This document shows, in pieces, positions 12,873-24,174 of a stretch of 56,067 nucleotides of DNA. How positions within the stretch are numbered: position 1 is the first letter of the stretch; each line of letters starts with the position of its first letter. The notes under the pieces are model-generated. The model searched no databases, had not been told where the DNA came from, and saw nothing but the letters and a program-made list of their open reading frames with translations. The translations under genes and the position numbers were made by a program. The stretch covers positions 17,430,255 to 17,486,321 of the forward strand of contig NC_057750.1 of assembly GCF_004010195.1 (NCBI RefSeq), in the 5' to 3' direction. Source of the stretch: Chiloscyllium plagiosum. Lineage: Eukaryota.

Positions 12873-13003
12873 GAGGAGAAAGTGAGGGCTGCAGATGCTG
12901 GAGATCAGAGCTGAAAATGTGTTGCTGGAAAAGCGCAGCAGGTCAGGCAGCATCCAAGGAGCAGGAGAATCGACGTTTCAGGCATAAGCCAATCTTCAGG
13001 AAG
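12873..13003 (-). mobile_element. Family-A Penelope-terminal (hammerhead) repeat
   Basis: gagaaagtgagggctgcagatgctggagatcag...aatcgacgtttc...cttcagg. The family recurs more than 10 times in the window. Confidence 0.75.
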
Positions 13004-13127
13004 ATTCCAGGTAGATGGTGGACAGGCGTTGGGGGAGGCAACAGGTCAGATGAATAGGTGGTTAAGAAGGTGTACGGGTTACTTGGTCATATTAGTTGAG
13101 GTATTGAGTACAACAGCCAGGAGTTGT

Positions 13128-13437
13128 GGGCGGCACGGTGGCACAGTGGTTAGCACTGCTGCCTCACAGCGCCAGAGACCCGGGTTCAATTCCCGACTCA
13201 GGCGACTGTTTGTGTGGAGTTTGCATGTTCTCCCCGTGTCTGTGTGGGTTTCCTCCGGATGCTTCAGTTTCCTCCCACAGTCCAAAGATGTGCGGGTCAG
13301 ATGAATTGGCCATGATAAATTGCCCGTAGTGTTAGGTAAGGGGTAAATGTAGGGGTAAGGGTGGGTTGCGCTTCGGCGGGTTGGTGTGGACTTGTTGGGC
13401 CGAAGGGCCTGTTTCCACACTGTAATGTAATCCAATT
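13128..13437 (+). mobile_element. Full-length HE1 V-SINE
   Basis: GGGCGGCACGGTGGCACAGTGGTTAGCACTG head, B-box GGTTCAATTCCC and ...CTGTTTCCACACTGTAATG tail. Confidence 0.93.
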
Positions 13438-13649
13438 AGTGGTGCAGCTGTATATAATGTTAGCCCGAAACGTTGATTTTCCTGCTCCTTGGATGCTGCC
13501 TGACCTGCTGTGCTTTTCCAGCACCACTCTAAACTAAACTCTGGTTTCCAGCATCTGCAGTCCTCACCTTTGCCTGTATATAATGTTAGTTCAGTCAGAG
13601 CTGAAGTAGCATGTGCAGAAACTAGTTGAGCTTGGGTTGTTTCTGAGGG

Positions 13650-14030
13650 CACAGCAGACTGAGAGGGATACTGATTGAAGTGTACAGAATTACAAGCTCA
13701 TAGATGGGTACATAAGGAGAAACATGTCCCCTGAGAGGGATGAATAACTAGGGGACATTGATTTAAGGTAAGGGGCAGGAGGTTTAGAGGGGAGTTGAGA
13801 GAGATCTTTTATCACCCAGAGTGTGATTGGTATCTGGAACACACTGTCTAAAAGGATGATAGAGACGGGAAACATCACAGCATTATAAGGAATATTTAGA
13901 TGATCACTTGAAGTGCCGCAGCATACCAGGCTATGGGCCAAATGCTGGACTGGATCGGATAGGTGCTTGATGACTGGCACAGACATGATGGGCCAAAGGG
14001 TCTCTTTCCATGCTGTAAAACTCTGTGACT
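13650..14030 (+). mobile_element. Old CR1 3' end
   Basis: Degenerate ORF2 C-terminus (FITQSVIGIWNTL) and CR1 3' UTR hairpin region. Confidence 0.7.
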
Positions 14031-14434
14031 CATGTTGAGCCAGGTCTATTGCCCCACACTGGGATCGAAAACTCTTTCACTAAGTTACAGGTCTCTTTCC
14101 TTTCCTCAGGCACCTCGTTTCAATTGACGTATCCTCATAAAGTACACCATGACAAATCAAATGCCTGTTTCATCACCTCTTCAAGTATAACGTTGCCTGC
14201 TCATTGGCCCTTGTCTACGTGTCCAGTATGAAATTTCCCCCATTGTGTGTGTGTGTGTGTGTGTGTGCAGTAATTCATTTGCATATGTGGCTATCTATGA
14301 GTCATAATTCCCCAATTGCAGGAACATAGTCAATTTTATTAGAAATTCTTGTCCAAAGAGAAAACAATCGGGAAGAAAAATGCTGAGGGAGCAATTTTTT
14401 TTAAGCACTAGTACGATGGTGTACCTAGCCCAGT

Positions 14435-14953
14435 AGCTGTACAAGACTCAGGTGCAGCTCTGCCTGGAGTATTGCGTACAGTTCTGGTCACCGCATTACA
14501 GGATGAATGTGGAAACTTTGGAAAGGGTTCAGAGGAGGTTTACCAGGATGTTGCCCGGTATGGAGGGAAGGTCTTATGAGGAAAGGCTGAGGGACATGTT
14601 TTCGTTAGAGAGATGAAGGTTGAGAGACATATACGATAATCAGAGGGTTAGATAGGTTGGACAGTGAGAACCTTTTTCCTCAGATGGTGGTGGCTAGCAC
14701 GAGGGGACATAGCTTTAAATTGAGGGGTGACAGATATAGGACGGATGTCAGATGTAGGTTCTTTACTCAGAGTAGTAAGGGCATGGAACACACTGCCTGC
14801 AACAGGAGTCGATTCACCAACTTTAAGGGCATTTAAATGGTCATTGGATAAACATATGGATGATGATGGAATAGTGTAGGTCAGATGGGCTTCAGATTGG
14901 TTTCACGAGTCGGTGCAACATCGAGGGCCGAAGGGCCTGTACTACGCTGTAAC
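14435..14953 (+). mobile_element. CR1/HER1 3' end
   Basis: Closely similar to 8320-8860 ([10 protein letters not shown] to 3' UTR). Confidence 0.88.
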
Positions 14954-14959
14954 GGTCTC

Positions 14960-15250
14960 CATTCTTTGTTAATTCCTCGCACTTTCTTCAGATCTGAGGT
15001 ATGGCCATGGGTACCCACATGGGCCCCAGTTATGCCTGTCTCTTTGTGGGTTAAGTGGCACATTCCTAATTCCAATCCCTCCCTACCACTCTTTCTCCGG
15101 TACATCAAAGATATCATTGGTACTGCCTCCCTCTCTCATCCGAAATTTTGAAAACTGTATCAATTTCATCTCCAACCTCAACTGACCTTCACCTGGTCCA
15201 TGTCCAACTCCTCCCTTCACTTGCTTGACATCTCTGTTTCCATTTCTTGC
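14960..15250 (+). mobile_element. Penelope-like element RT fragment
   Basis: Broken translation NSSHFLQI*GMAMGTHMGPSYACLFVG...FLRYIKDI...LLDISVS, matching the PLE GxAMG and RYxDD motifs. Confidence 0.8.
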
Positions 15251-15498
15251 GCTGTGAGTGACTCAATGGGCTGAATGGTCTCTTGCTGCACTGTATGAAT
15301 TATATGATTCTATCTATGAAATCCCAGTGCCACCACCAAGTTCCCAATGTCACGCAGCACAGTAACTTCGTTGGGACAATCCCAGCATTACACTTGCTGC
15401 CAGAGCTTGGTTGAGTCAACTCAGAAGAGGTTAGCGCTGGAATCATTTGAGGTCGGCATGACCTAGCTCCACACTGAGCAGTGCAGCTACCTGCTTTA

Positions 15499-15850
15499 GG
15501 GTGGCACAGTGGTTAGCACTGCTGCCTCACAGCGCCAGGGACCGGGGTTCAATTCCAGCCTCGGGTGACTGTGTGGCATTTGCACGTTCTCTCTGTGTCT
15601 GCGTGGAGTTTGCAAGTTCTCCCTGTGTCTGTGTAGGTTTCTTCCCACAATCCAAAGACAGGTGCAGGTTAGGTGAATTGGCCATGCTAACTTGCCCATA
15701 GTGTTCAGGGATGCCTAGGTTTGATGCATTAGTTAGGGGACATGTAGAGTAATAGGGTAAGGAATGGGTCTGAGTGGGTTACCCTTTGGAGGGTCAGCAT
15801 GGACTTGTTGGGCCAAATGGCCTGTTTCCACACTGTAGGGATTCTATCCA
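15499..15850 (+). mobile_element. HE1 V-SINE
   Basis: HE1 head, an internal partial duplication, and tail ctgtttccacactgtagggattcta. Confidence 0.9.
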
Positions 15851-16069
15851 TCTTCTACCTACTGAGACAAAGTAACATGATAACCTTTAACAACATACAA
15901 CTGATAGCAGAATGGTTACCCTGTGTGAGTGTTACTCTGTAGCTCAGCACCATCAACCCACTCATTTCCATGAGCACCCTCCCCCAACCATCAAGTGTGG
16001 TCGGTCAATTTTATTCTCACCACCCCCATCTCCCAACAGGACCCACAGTAGCATCTGAAGCTCACTTAC

Positions 16070-16118
16070 CTCCTTGTTCATCCAGCATGACCAGAGTCCT
16101 GATCCCAGCATCTTTGCT
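16070..16118 (-). CDS. snap25: SNAP25-family exon 4: SKDAGIRTLVMLDEQG(E)
   Basis: 49-nt exon with a long polypyrimidine tract and ccccAG acceptor, and a GTaagt donor. The peptide matches SNAP25 exon 4 as recalled. Its phase-1 end joins either exon-5 copy in frame. Confidence 0.95.
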
Positions 16119-16736
16119 CTGGGGGTGGTTGATAAAAAAAGGAAGGAGGGTTTGAGAGAGAAAGAATAGAGAGCATTATGAACGCAACAGAAGCACACTT
16201 TTAGGTATTAACAATCCAATTCTTTCACATTTTCGATCAGTAGTTTTTGGATAGGCATATAATCCCCCAGTATGTGCTAGATTACTACAGGCCAACATTA
16301 AGAGCTCCATCAACGACACAGAAAAATTCCTACAGAGAAGGCCATAGATGCATTTGCTATTCAGCCGCTATGCAGTGGACACTCTACACAGTGATTTATT
16401 CACTTATCCAAATTAAGATCCAAGTGTGGCTGTGTTTAATGAACTCACACCTGTATTGTCAATGTCGAGTGCCTGTAGGTTTCGTCTTGAAGACTCAGTG
16501 ATGATAATTCTACCTGTTGCACTGAGTGTGCCACAGAGATTTGACTTGATTCCCATTCAGTTCAGTCCCAATCAGGTCTGTGTTCAGAGTCTGCACCCAA
16601 TCAGGTATACAGAGTCGTAATCATGGAGACATACAGCACAAAAACAGAACCTTCAGCCCAATTCGTCCACGCCAACCAAATTTCCCAAGCTAAATTAGTC
16701 TCATTTGCCTGTGTTTGGCCCATATCCCTGTAAACC

Positions 16737-16900
16737 TTGGTAAAAACAATGACTGCAGATGCTGGAAACCAGATTCTGGATCAGTGGCGCTGGAAGAGCA
16801 CAGCAATTCAGGCAGCATCCGAGGACAGGCAAAATCGACGTTTCGGGCAAAAGCCCTTCATCAGGAATAAAGGCAGAGAGCCTGAAGCGTGGAGAGATAG
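16737..16900 (-). mobile_element. Family-A Penelope terminal repeat with an intact hammerhead
   Basis: Same subfamily as 17892-18067, in the opposite orientation. It is inserted in a CR1 3' UTR relic. Confidence 0.85.
16833..16868 (-). ncRNA. Minimal type-I hammerhead ribozyme (family A), intact core
   Basis: Transcript strand AUUC-CUGAUGA-A-GGGC-UUUU-GCCC-GAAA-CG-UC^GAUU. It has conserved CUGANGA, GAAA and UH, a 4-bp stem II and a palindromic ACGU stem III. Confidence 0.8.
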
Positions 16901-17210
16901 CCTGTCCAAATGTCTTTTAAATGTTGTAACTGTACCTGCATCTCCAACTTCCTCTGGCTGTTCATTCTATACAGATTATAGGCCCAGACAGTTATATGTA
17001 GAATATAGACCCAGGCAGGTATATGAACAGAGTATAGACCCAGTCATATATACATTGAGTACAGACCCAGCCAGGTACGTGTGGACTACGGACACAACTA
17101 GAGATATGTAAGGAGAAAGAACCAGCCGGGTAAATGTACAGATGCAACTAGAGATATGAACGGTGTGCAATAATACCTCAGTGAGGTATTATGTACAGTA
17201 TATACAGCCA

Positions 17211-18067
17211 TATGGTTAAAGACGCCCTCCAACACATCTCGCTCACATCCCGCACCTCCACCCTCAGACCCCACCCCTCCAACCGTAACAAGGACAGAAC
17301 GCNNNNNNNNNNNNNNNNNNNNNNNNNNNNNNNNNNNNNNNNNNNNNNNNNNNNNNNNNNNNNNNNNNNNNNNNNNNNNNNNNNNNNNNNNNNNNNNNNN
17401 NNNNNNNNNNNNNNNNNNNNNNNNNNNNNNNNNNNNNNNNNNNNNNNNNNNNNNNNNNNNNNNNNNNNNNNNNNNNNNNNNNNNNNNNNNNNNNNNNNNN
17501 NNNNNNNNNNNNNNNNNNNNNNNNNNNNNNNNNNNNNNNNNNNNNNNNNNNNNNNNNNNNNNNNNNNNNNNNNNNNNNNNNNNNNNNNNNNNNNNNNNNN
17601 NNNNNNNNNNNNNNNNNNNNNNNNNNNNNNNNNNNNNNNNNNNNNNNNNNNNNNNNNNNNNNNNNNNNNNNNNNNNNNNNNNNNNNNNNNNNNNNNNNNN
17701 NNNNNNNNNNNNNNNNNNNNNNNNNNNNNNNNNNNNNNNNNNNNNNNNNNNNNNNNNNNNNNNNNNNNNNNNNNNNNNNNNNNNNNNNNNNNNNNNNNNN
17801 NNNNNNNNNNNNNNNNNNNNNNNNNNNNNNNNNNNNNNNNNNNNNNNNNNNNNNNNNNNNNNNNNNNNNNNNNNNNNNNNNNNNNNNNNNNACCTCCTCT
17901 CACTTATCTCTCCACCCTTCAGGCACTCTGCCTGTATTCCTGATGAAGGGCTTTTGCCCGAAACATCAATTTTCCTGCTCCTCGGATGCTGCCTGAACTG
18001 CTGTGCTCTTCCAGCACCACTAATCCAGATATCTGGTTTCCAGCATCTGCAGTCATTGCTTTTACCT
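17211..18067 (+). mobile_element. 5'-truncated Penelope-like element (contains an N gap) ending in the family-A hammerhead terminus
   Basis: PLE-like coding remnant VKDALQHISLTSRTSTLRPHPSNRNKDRT before the gap. After the gap is CTGATGAAGGGCTTTTGCCCGAAACATC (17940-17967). The flanks agtata(t/c)acagcca are duplicated (14 bp), although they lie in a degenerate minisatellite. Confidence 0.75.
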
Positions 18068-18599
18068 AGTATACACAGCCAGCCAGTTATATGTACAGTG
18101 TACAGACCCAACCAAGTAAAAAAAAGAAAAGAAAATTATTTTTAAAAAAGAAATTAAGAGTGCAAAGAGAGGACAAACACCGACAGATAATATTAAGAAA
18201 ATATTAAGATATTTGACAGTACATTAGGGATAAAAAAAAAAGCTAGGGAAAGAATCGGACCATTAGGATCCAAAGTGGCAATCTCTTTGTGGAACCTGAA
18301 GGTGTCAATGAGGTTTAACTGCATACTTTGCATCTGTATTCGCTACAGAGAAAGGAGATGTAAGAATAGACCAAGGAACTTTGGATCAGTGAGTCTAACA
18401 TCAGTCATAGGGAATCGAATGAAACAAAACTCTAGCACAGCCGGTCAGGTAGCATCTGAAGAGCAGAAGAATCGACGTTTCGGGCATAAGCCCTTCATCA
18501 GTCCTCACTTTCACCCACCTCAATGACTGCCTATTTCACTGACATGGTCGAGCCAGCCCTGGTAGTACATTTGGGATTAACTCCAGGCAGTGATCCAAC

Positions 18600-19475
18600 T
18601 GGACACTCTAGTGTAGCACTGACAGAGTCTACATTATCAGAGGAGCCATCTTTGGATGAGATGTTAAAATGAAGCAGTGACTATCCTCTCAGTTGGGTCT
18701 AAAATATCCCATAGAGAAAGTGAGGGCTGCAGATGCTGGAGATCAGAGTCGAAAGTGTGGCGCTGGAAAAGCACAGCAGGTCAGGCAGCAACCAAGGAGC
18801 AGGAGAATCGACGTTTCAAGCATAAACCCTTCATCATGTCCATGGGCTCATCCCACGGAATTATTTCAACGAAGATGGCGTGGTACTGTGGCTCAGTGGT
18901 TAGCACTGCTGCCTCACAGTGCCAGGGACCTGGGGTTCTATTCCAGCCTCAGGTGACTGTCCGTGTGGAGTTTGCACATTCTCCCCGTGTCTGTGTGGGT
19001 TTCCTCCGGGTGCTCCGGTTTCCTCCCACAGTCCAAAGATGTGCAGGTCAGGTGGGTTGATGATGCTAAATTACCTTTGTGTCCAAGGGTATGCAAATTA
19101 GCCATAGTAAATTGTTCAGGTTGTGCAGGTTAGGTGGATTAGCCAGAGGAAAGGTGGGGTTATGGGAATCAGGTCAGAGGATGGGTCTGGGTGGGATGCT
19201 CTTCAGAGGGCTGGTGTGACCCCGAATGACCGAATAGCCTCTTTCTCTACTGTGTAGAGATTCTATGAGTATGAAGAGCAGGAGACATTTTCCCTGTTAT
19301 GCCCTCTCCATCAACCAACATCAGTAAGAACAGATCATCTGGGTATTATCACAGCATTCAGTGTGGGATCTTGCTGTGCAAAAAATGGCTGTTGTGTTTT
19401 CTACATTACAACAGCAACTTAAGGACGCTCATCCCCAGGTTGTGAGAGACCCCATGTAAACACAGGTCTTTCTTT
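18600..19475 (+). mobile_element. SacSINE1/Deu-SINE-like element split by family-A and HE1-like insertions
   Basis: Deu-like gagccatctttggatgagatgttaaa at about 18643. It resumes at about 19272 with gaagagcagg...cagatcatctgggtattatcac...gtgggatcttgctgtgc...ctacattacaacag. Confidence 0.6.
18876..19270 (+). mobile_element. HE1-like V-SINE (older subfamily)
   Basis: HE1 head and V-domain with a divergent 3' half. Confidence 0.8.
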
Positions 19476-19512
19476 GGGTTAGCCCTGCTTCCATTTTGTC
19501 CATTCGAATTGT

Positions 19513-19772
19513 CGATTCCAGCCTCGGGCGACTGACTGTGTGGAGTTTGCCCATTCTCCCCGTGTCTGCGTGGGTTACCTCGGGGTGCTCTGGTTCCCTC
19601 CCACAGTCCAAAGATGTGCAGGTCAGGTGAATTGGCCATGCTAAATTGCCCATTGTGTTAGGGGGAGGGGTAAATGTAGGGGAATGGGTCTGGGTGGGTT
19701 ACTCAGAGGGTCGGTGTGGACTTGTTGGGCCAAAGGGCCTGGTTCCACACTGTAGGGAATCTAATCTAATCT
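19513..19772 (+). mobile_element. HE1 V-SINE, 5'-truncated
   Basis: V-domain and (AATCT)n tail. Confidence 0.88.
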
Positions 19773-20595
19773 CAGTGACTGAATACTAAACTAGGACCTC
19801 CTCAGGTCTCCTTACAACAGGGCAACCTCTGGGTTAAAAGCAAATAGTGCTGGGGAAACGCAGCAGCATCTGTGAGCGGGGAAAACCAGAATCCAGTCTG
19901 CCTCTTCTTTAACCCTACTTTGGAGCTCAGTTCCGAAGAAGAGTCATTTCAGACTCAAAAAGTGAGTCTCCCCACAGTTTCTCTCCCCACTGTTTCCACA
20001 CTGTAATGTAATGTAATCTAATCTAATCTAAAACCAGAATCCAGTCTGCCTCTTCTTTAACCCTACTTTGGAACTCAGTTCCGAAGAAGAGTCATTTCAG
20101 ACTCAAAAAGTGAGTCTCCCCACAGTTTCTCTCCCCACAGTTGCTGCCAGGCCTGCTGTGTTTCTCCAGCACTGTCTGTCTGCCTCAGATTTCCAGCACC
20201 CACAGTCTTTTGCTCTTATTACAGCAACCTCTGTCCTCAGCCATTCCGGTGAATACTGAAGGTCTCAGTATTCCTATTCCCTCAGGATAGATTAACAACT
20301 CCGAGCACACATCTGCCCCAAGACCACGCAGTAATTTCTCAGCCGTGGTGCAGCAGACGTCGTTGTCACTCCTTATCAGCACCGGGAAAATGACTAGTTT
20401 CACACCAGATTGACCTGGTGCTGGAATAGGCAAAGACAACAAACAGTGAAATGAAACAGACAACTCTCTGCCTGAGGTAAATCAACACAAAATATAGAGA
20501 AATTGGAACATGCTTTTAACTGTCCGTTTGGAGGCCAATTACGAAGTGTTAGTGTTACACAGCTGCAGCGCACAGCACACTGTTTCCAAGTCACG

Positions 20596-21796
20596 CACCA
20601 CTCCATCTAGAACAGTCCCAGGACACACTGTGGTGAATCTCCCACCAGCACCACTCCATCTAGAACAGTCCTGGGACACTCTGTGGTGAATCTCCCACTG
20701 GCACCACTCCATCTAGAACAGTCCCAGGGCACACTGTGGTGAATCTCCCACTGGCACCACTCCATCTAGAACAGTCTCAGGACACAGCGTGATGAATCTC
20801 CCATCGGCACCACTCAATCTAGAACAGTCCCAGGACATTCTGTGGTGAATCTCCCACTGGCACCACTCCATCTAGAACAGTCCCAAGACACAGCCTGATG
20901 AATCTCCCACCAGCACCACTCCATCTAGAACAGTCCCAGGACACACTGTGGTGAATCTCCCACTGGCACCACTCCATCTAGAACAGTCCCAGGACACAGC
21001 GTGATGAATCTCCCACCAGCACCACTCAATCTAGAACAGTCCCAGGACATTCTGTGGTGAATCTCCCACTGGCACCACTCCACCTAGAACAGTCCCAGGA
21101 CACAGCGTGATGAATCTCCCATTGGCACCATTCAATCTAGAACAGTCCCAGGACACACTGTGGTGAATCTCCCACTGGCACCACTCCATCTAGAACAGTC
21201 CCAGGACACAGCGTGATAAATCTCCCATCGGCACCACTCAATCTAGAACAGTCCCAGGACACTCTGTGGTGAATCTCCCACCAGCACCACTCCATCTAGA
21301 ACAGTTACAGGACACAGCGTGATGAATCTCCCACCAGCACCACTCCATCTAGAACAGTCCCAGGACACACTGTGGTGAATCTCCCACCGGCACCACTCCA
21401 TCTAGAACAGTCCCAGGACACAGCGTGATGAATCTCCCATCGGCATCACTCCATCTAGAACAGTCCCAGGACACACTGTGGTGAATCTCCCATCGGCACC
21501 ACTCCATCTAGAACAGTCCCAGGACACACTGTGATGAATCGCCCACTGGCACCACTCCATCTAGAACAGTCCCAGGACACACTGTGGTGAATCTCCCACC
21601 GGCACCACTCCATCTAGAACAGTCCCAGGACACTCTGTGATGAATCTCCCACCGGCACCACTCCATCTAGAACAGTCCCAGAACACACTGTGGTGAATCT
21701 CCCACCGGCACCACTCCATCTAGAACAGTCCCAGGACACTCTGTGGTGAATCTCCCACCAGCACCACTCCATCTAGAACAGTCCCAGGACACTGTG
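20596..21796. repeat. 53-bp minisatellite, about 22.5 copies
   Basis: Unit caccactccatctagaacagtcccaggacacactgtggtgaatctcccac(c/t)(a/g)g. The period was checked at 20596 and 20649. Confidence 0.95.
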
Positions 21797-22804
21797 TAAC
21801 TTAAATGTTGCAATCGTACCAGCCTCCACCACGTCCTCTGGCAGCTCATTCCATACCCGTACCACCCTCTGGACGACAGATGTCCCTCCTTAAAGGGCAA
21901 GAGTGAACCAGATGGGTTTGTACATCTCCTGACCACCGTCACTGAGGCCAGTTTTATATCCCAGATTGTGAACTGCACTGGAATTCCACCTGTTATCATT
22001 TGAACCCATGCATCAACCTGGGCCTTTGATAAGAACATCCTTTCCCCGACTCCAACATGCGTACTGTGCAAGGGGAGTGCTGCTCTGTCATAGGCGCCAT
22101 CTTGCAGATGTGATGTTACTATGACCCCTCCCCTCAGGTGTTGTAAACCTGCCCGATGGCACTGTTTGAAGAGCAGGGTGGTTCTGACCCTCAGTTAGTG
22201 TCACTGAAACAGATGATCAATGTTAAATTAAATTATTATCAAGGAATTAGAAAGAGCTCCAGATCTTTCATGCTGATGCGCTGCTACATGTCCCTTTACA
22301 TGTAAGGAGTAAATGGTCTACATAAGGGGCCAGTGCTGACAAGTTTAAAAGGTATTTGGATGGATACGTGAATAGGAATGTTTTATGGGACTAGTTTAGT
22401 TTGGGAACCTTGGTCAACATGGATGTGTTGGACCAAAGGGTCTGTTTCCACGCTGCATGACTCTATAACTGACAGTAGGATTCTGTCCTTAAATATTGCC
22501 CATTGGGGGAAAAGTCCACAGGGAGACCATCAGGAATCTGGGTACGCCATGAGGCTCCCAGAACTTCAAAGGGTGAAGGAGACATTGAACATATTTCCCA
22601 GGTCTCAACATGTGCTGCAGAATGACATTGTGTTGTTTCTATACACACACACGGTCCTGCAATATATGAAGTGGTGTGGCTTTCTGGATAGAAAGCTTAA
22701 AACTCACATTTCAATTGAAATAATGCCCAAACACTTCAGAATAACTGCTGCTGTTAGTCTGGACTTGAGTGGTTTTTCATGTGAGGACACTTTTCCCATC
22801 GCTG

Positions 22805-23610
22805 ATTATTCTGCTGGGTAGCACCAGCACCTCCATTTTCTACTGGGTAGCACCAGCACCACCATTATTCTGCTGGGTAGCACCAGCACCTCCATTTTCT
22901 ACTGGGTGGCACCAGCACCACCATTATTCTGCTGGGTAGCACCAGCACCACCATTATTCTGCTGGTTGACACCAGCACCTCCATTTTCTACTGGGTAGCA
23001 CCAGCACCTCCATTATTCTGCTGGGTAGCACCAGCACCTCCATTTTCTGCTGGGTAGCACCAGCACCACCATTTTCTACTGGGTAGCATCAGCACCACCA
23101 TTATTCTGCTGGTTAGCACCAGCACCACCATTTTCTACTGGGTAGCACCAGCACCACCATTATTCTGCTGGTTGACACCAGCACCACCATTTTCTACTGG
23201 GTAGCACCAGCACCACCATTATTCTGCTGGGTAGCACCAGCACCACCATTATTCTGCTGGTTGACACCAGCACCTCCATTTTCTACTGGGTAGCACCAGC
23301 ACCTCCATTGTCTACTGGGTAGCACCAGCACCTCCATTATTCTGCTGGTTAGCACCAGCACCACCATTTTCTACTGGGTAGCACCAGCACCACCATTATT
23401 CTGCTGGATAGCACCAGCACCTCCATTTTTACTGGGGAGGCACCAGCACCTCCTTATTCTGCTGGGTAGCACCAGCACCACCATTATTCTGCTGGGTAGC
23501 ACCAGCACCTCCATTATCTACTGGGTAGCACCAGCACCTCCATTATTCTGCTGGTTGGCACCAGCACCGCCATTTTCTGCTGGGTAGCACCAGCACCACC
23601 ATTTTCTGCT
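22805..23610. repeat. 29/30-bp minisatellite, about 27 copies
   Basis: Units attattctgctgggtagcaccagcacc(t/a)cc and attttctactgggtagcaccagcacc(t/a)cc. Confidence 0.93.
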
Positions 23611-23965
23611 TTGATTTCACACTTCCGTCAGCCACAGGTTTCTGTTTCTCTTGAAGCTGCTTTCTTGCACTGGACTAAATTCAATTTTTTTGTGGAAAGA
23701 TATTTTTCTAACAGACGAGCCCTCCCACTGCACACACAGTCAGAGGTTCCCTCCATGCTGTGGAGTGCTGGATAGAGCCAGGATAAGAATAAACTGGTAG
23801 AAACATATGAAATGGGATCAGGATTGGGGGTCATTCTGCCCTGTGTGCCTCCTCTCCTCTTCAGTAATACCATGGCCGACCGTCCAACTCGGAAACCTAG
23901 TCCCACTTTCTCCCCACACCCTTTGATCCCTTTAGCCCTCAGAACTATCTCTATTTCTTTGTGGA

Positions 23966-24174
23966 TTTGGAGATGCCGGTGTTAGCCTGGGGTGGACAAA
24001 GTTAAAAATCACACAACACCAGGTTATAGTCCAACAGGTTTATTTGGAAGCACTAGCTTTCGGAGCACTGCTCTTTCATCTGAACAATCACCTGATGAAG
24101 GAGCAGCGCTCTGAAAGCTAGTGCTTCCAAATAAACCTGTTGGACTACAACCTGGTGTAGTGTGATTTTTTAAC
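23966..24174. mobile_element. Family-B palindromic hammerhead mini-element with a 10-bp TSD
   Basis: Inverted arms of about 80 bp. TSD TCTTTGTGGA at 23956-23965 and 24175-24184. It is inserted in a CR1 3' relic. Confidence 0.88.
24089..24123 (+). ncRNA. Minimal hammerhead ribozyme (family B)
   Basis: CAC-CUGAUGA-A-GGAGC-AGC-GCUCU-GAAA-GC-UA^GUG, with stem I CAC/GUG and palindromic stem III AGCU. Confidence 0.75.

Noticed and set aside
13128..13200. tRNA gene-like A/B boxes
   Set aside because: This is the tRNA-derived head of an HE1 SINE and continues into the V-domain and LINE tail.
20596..21796. CRISPR-like regular array
   Set aside because: There are no unique spacers. The whole 53-bp unit repeats, the context is eukaryotic, and no cas genes are present.
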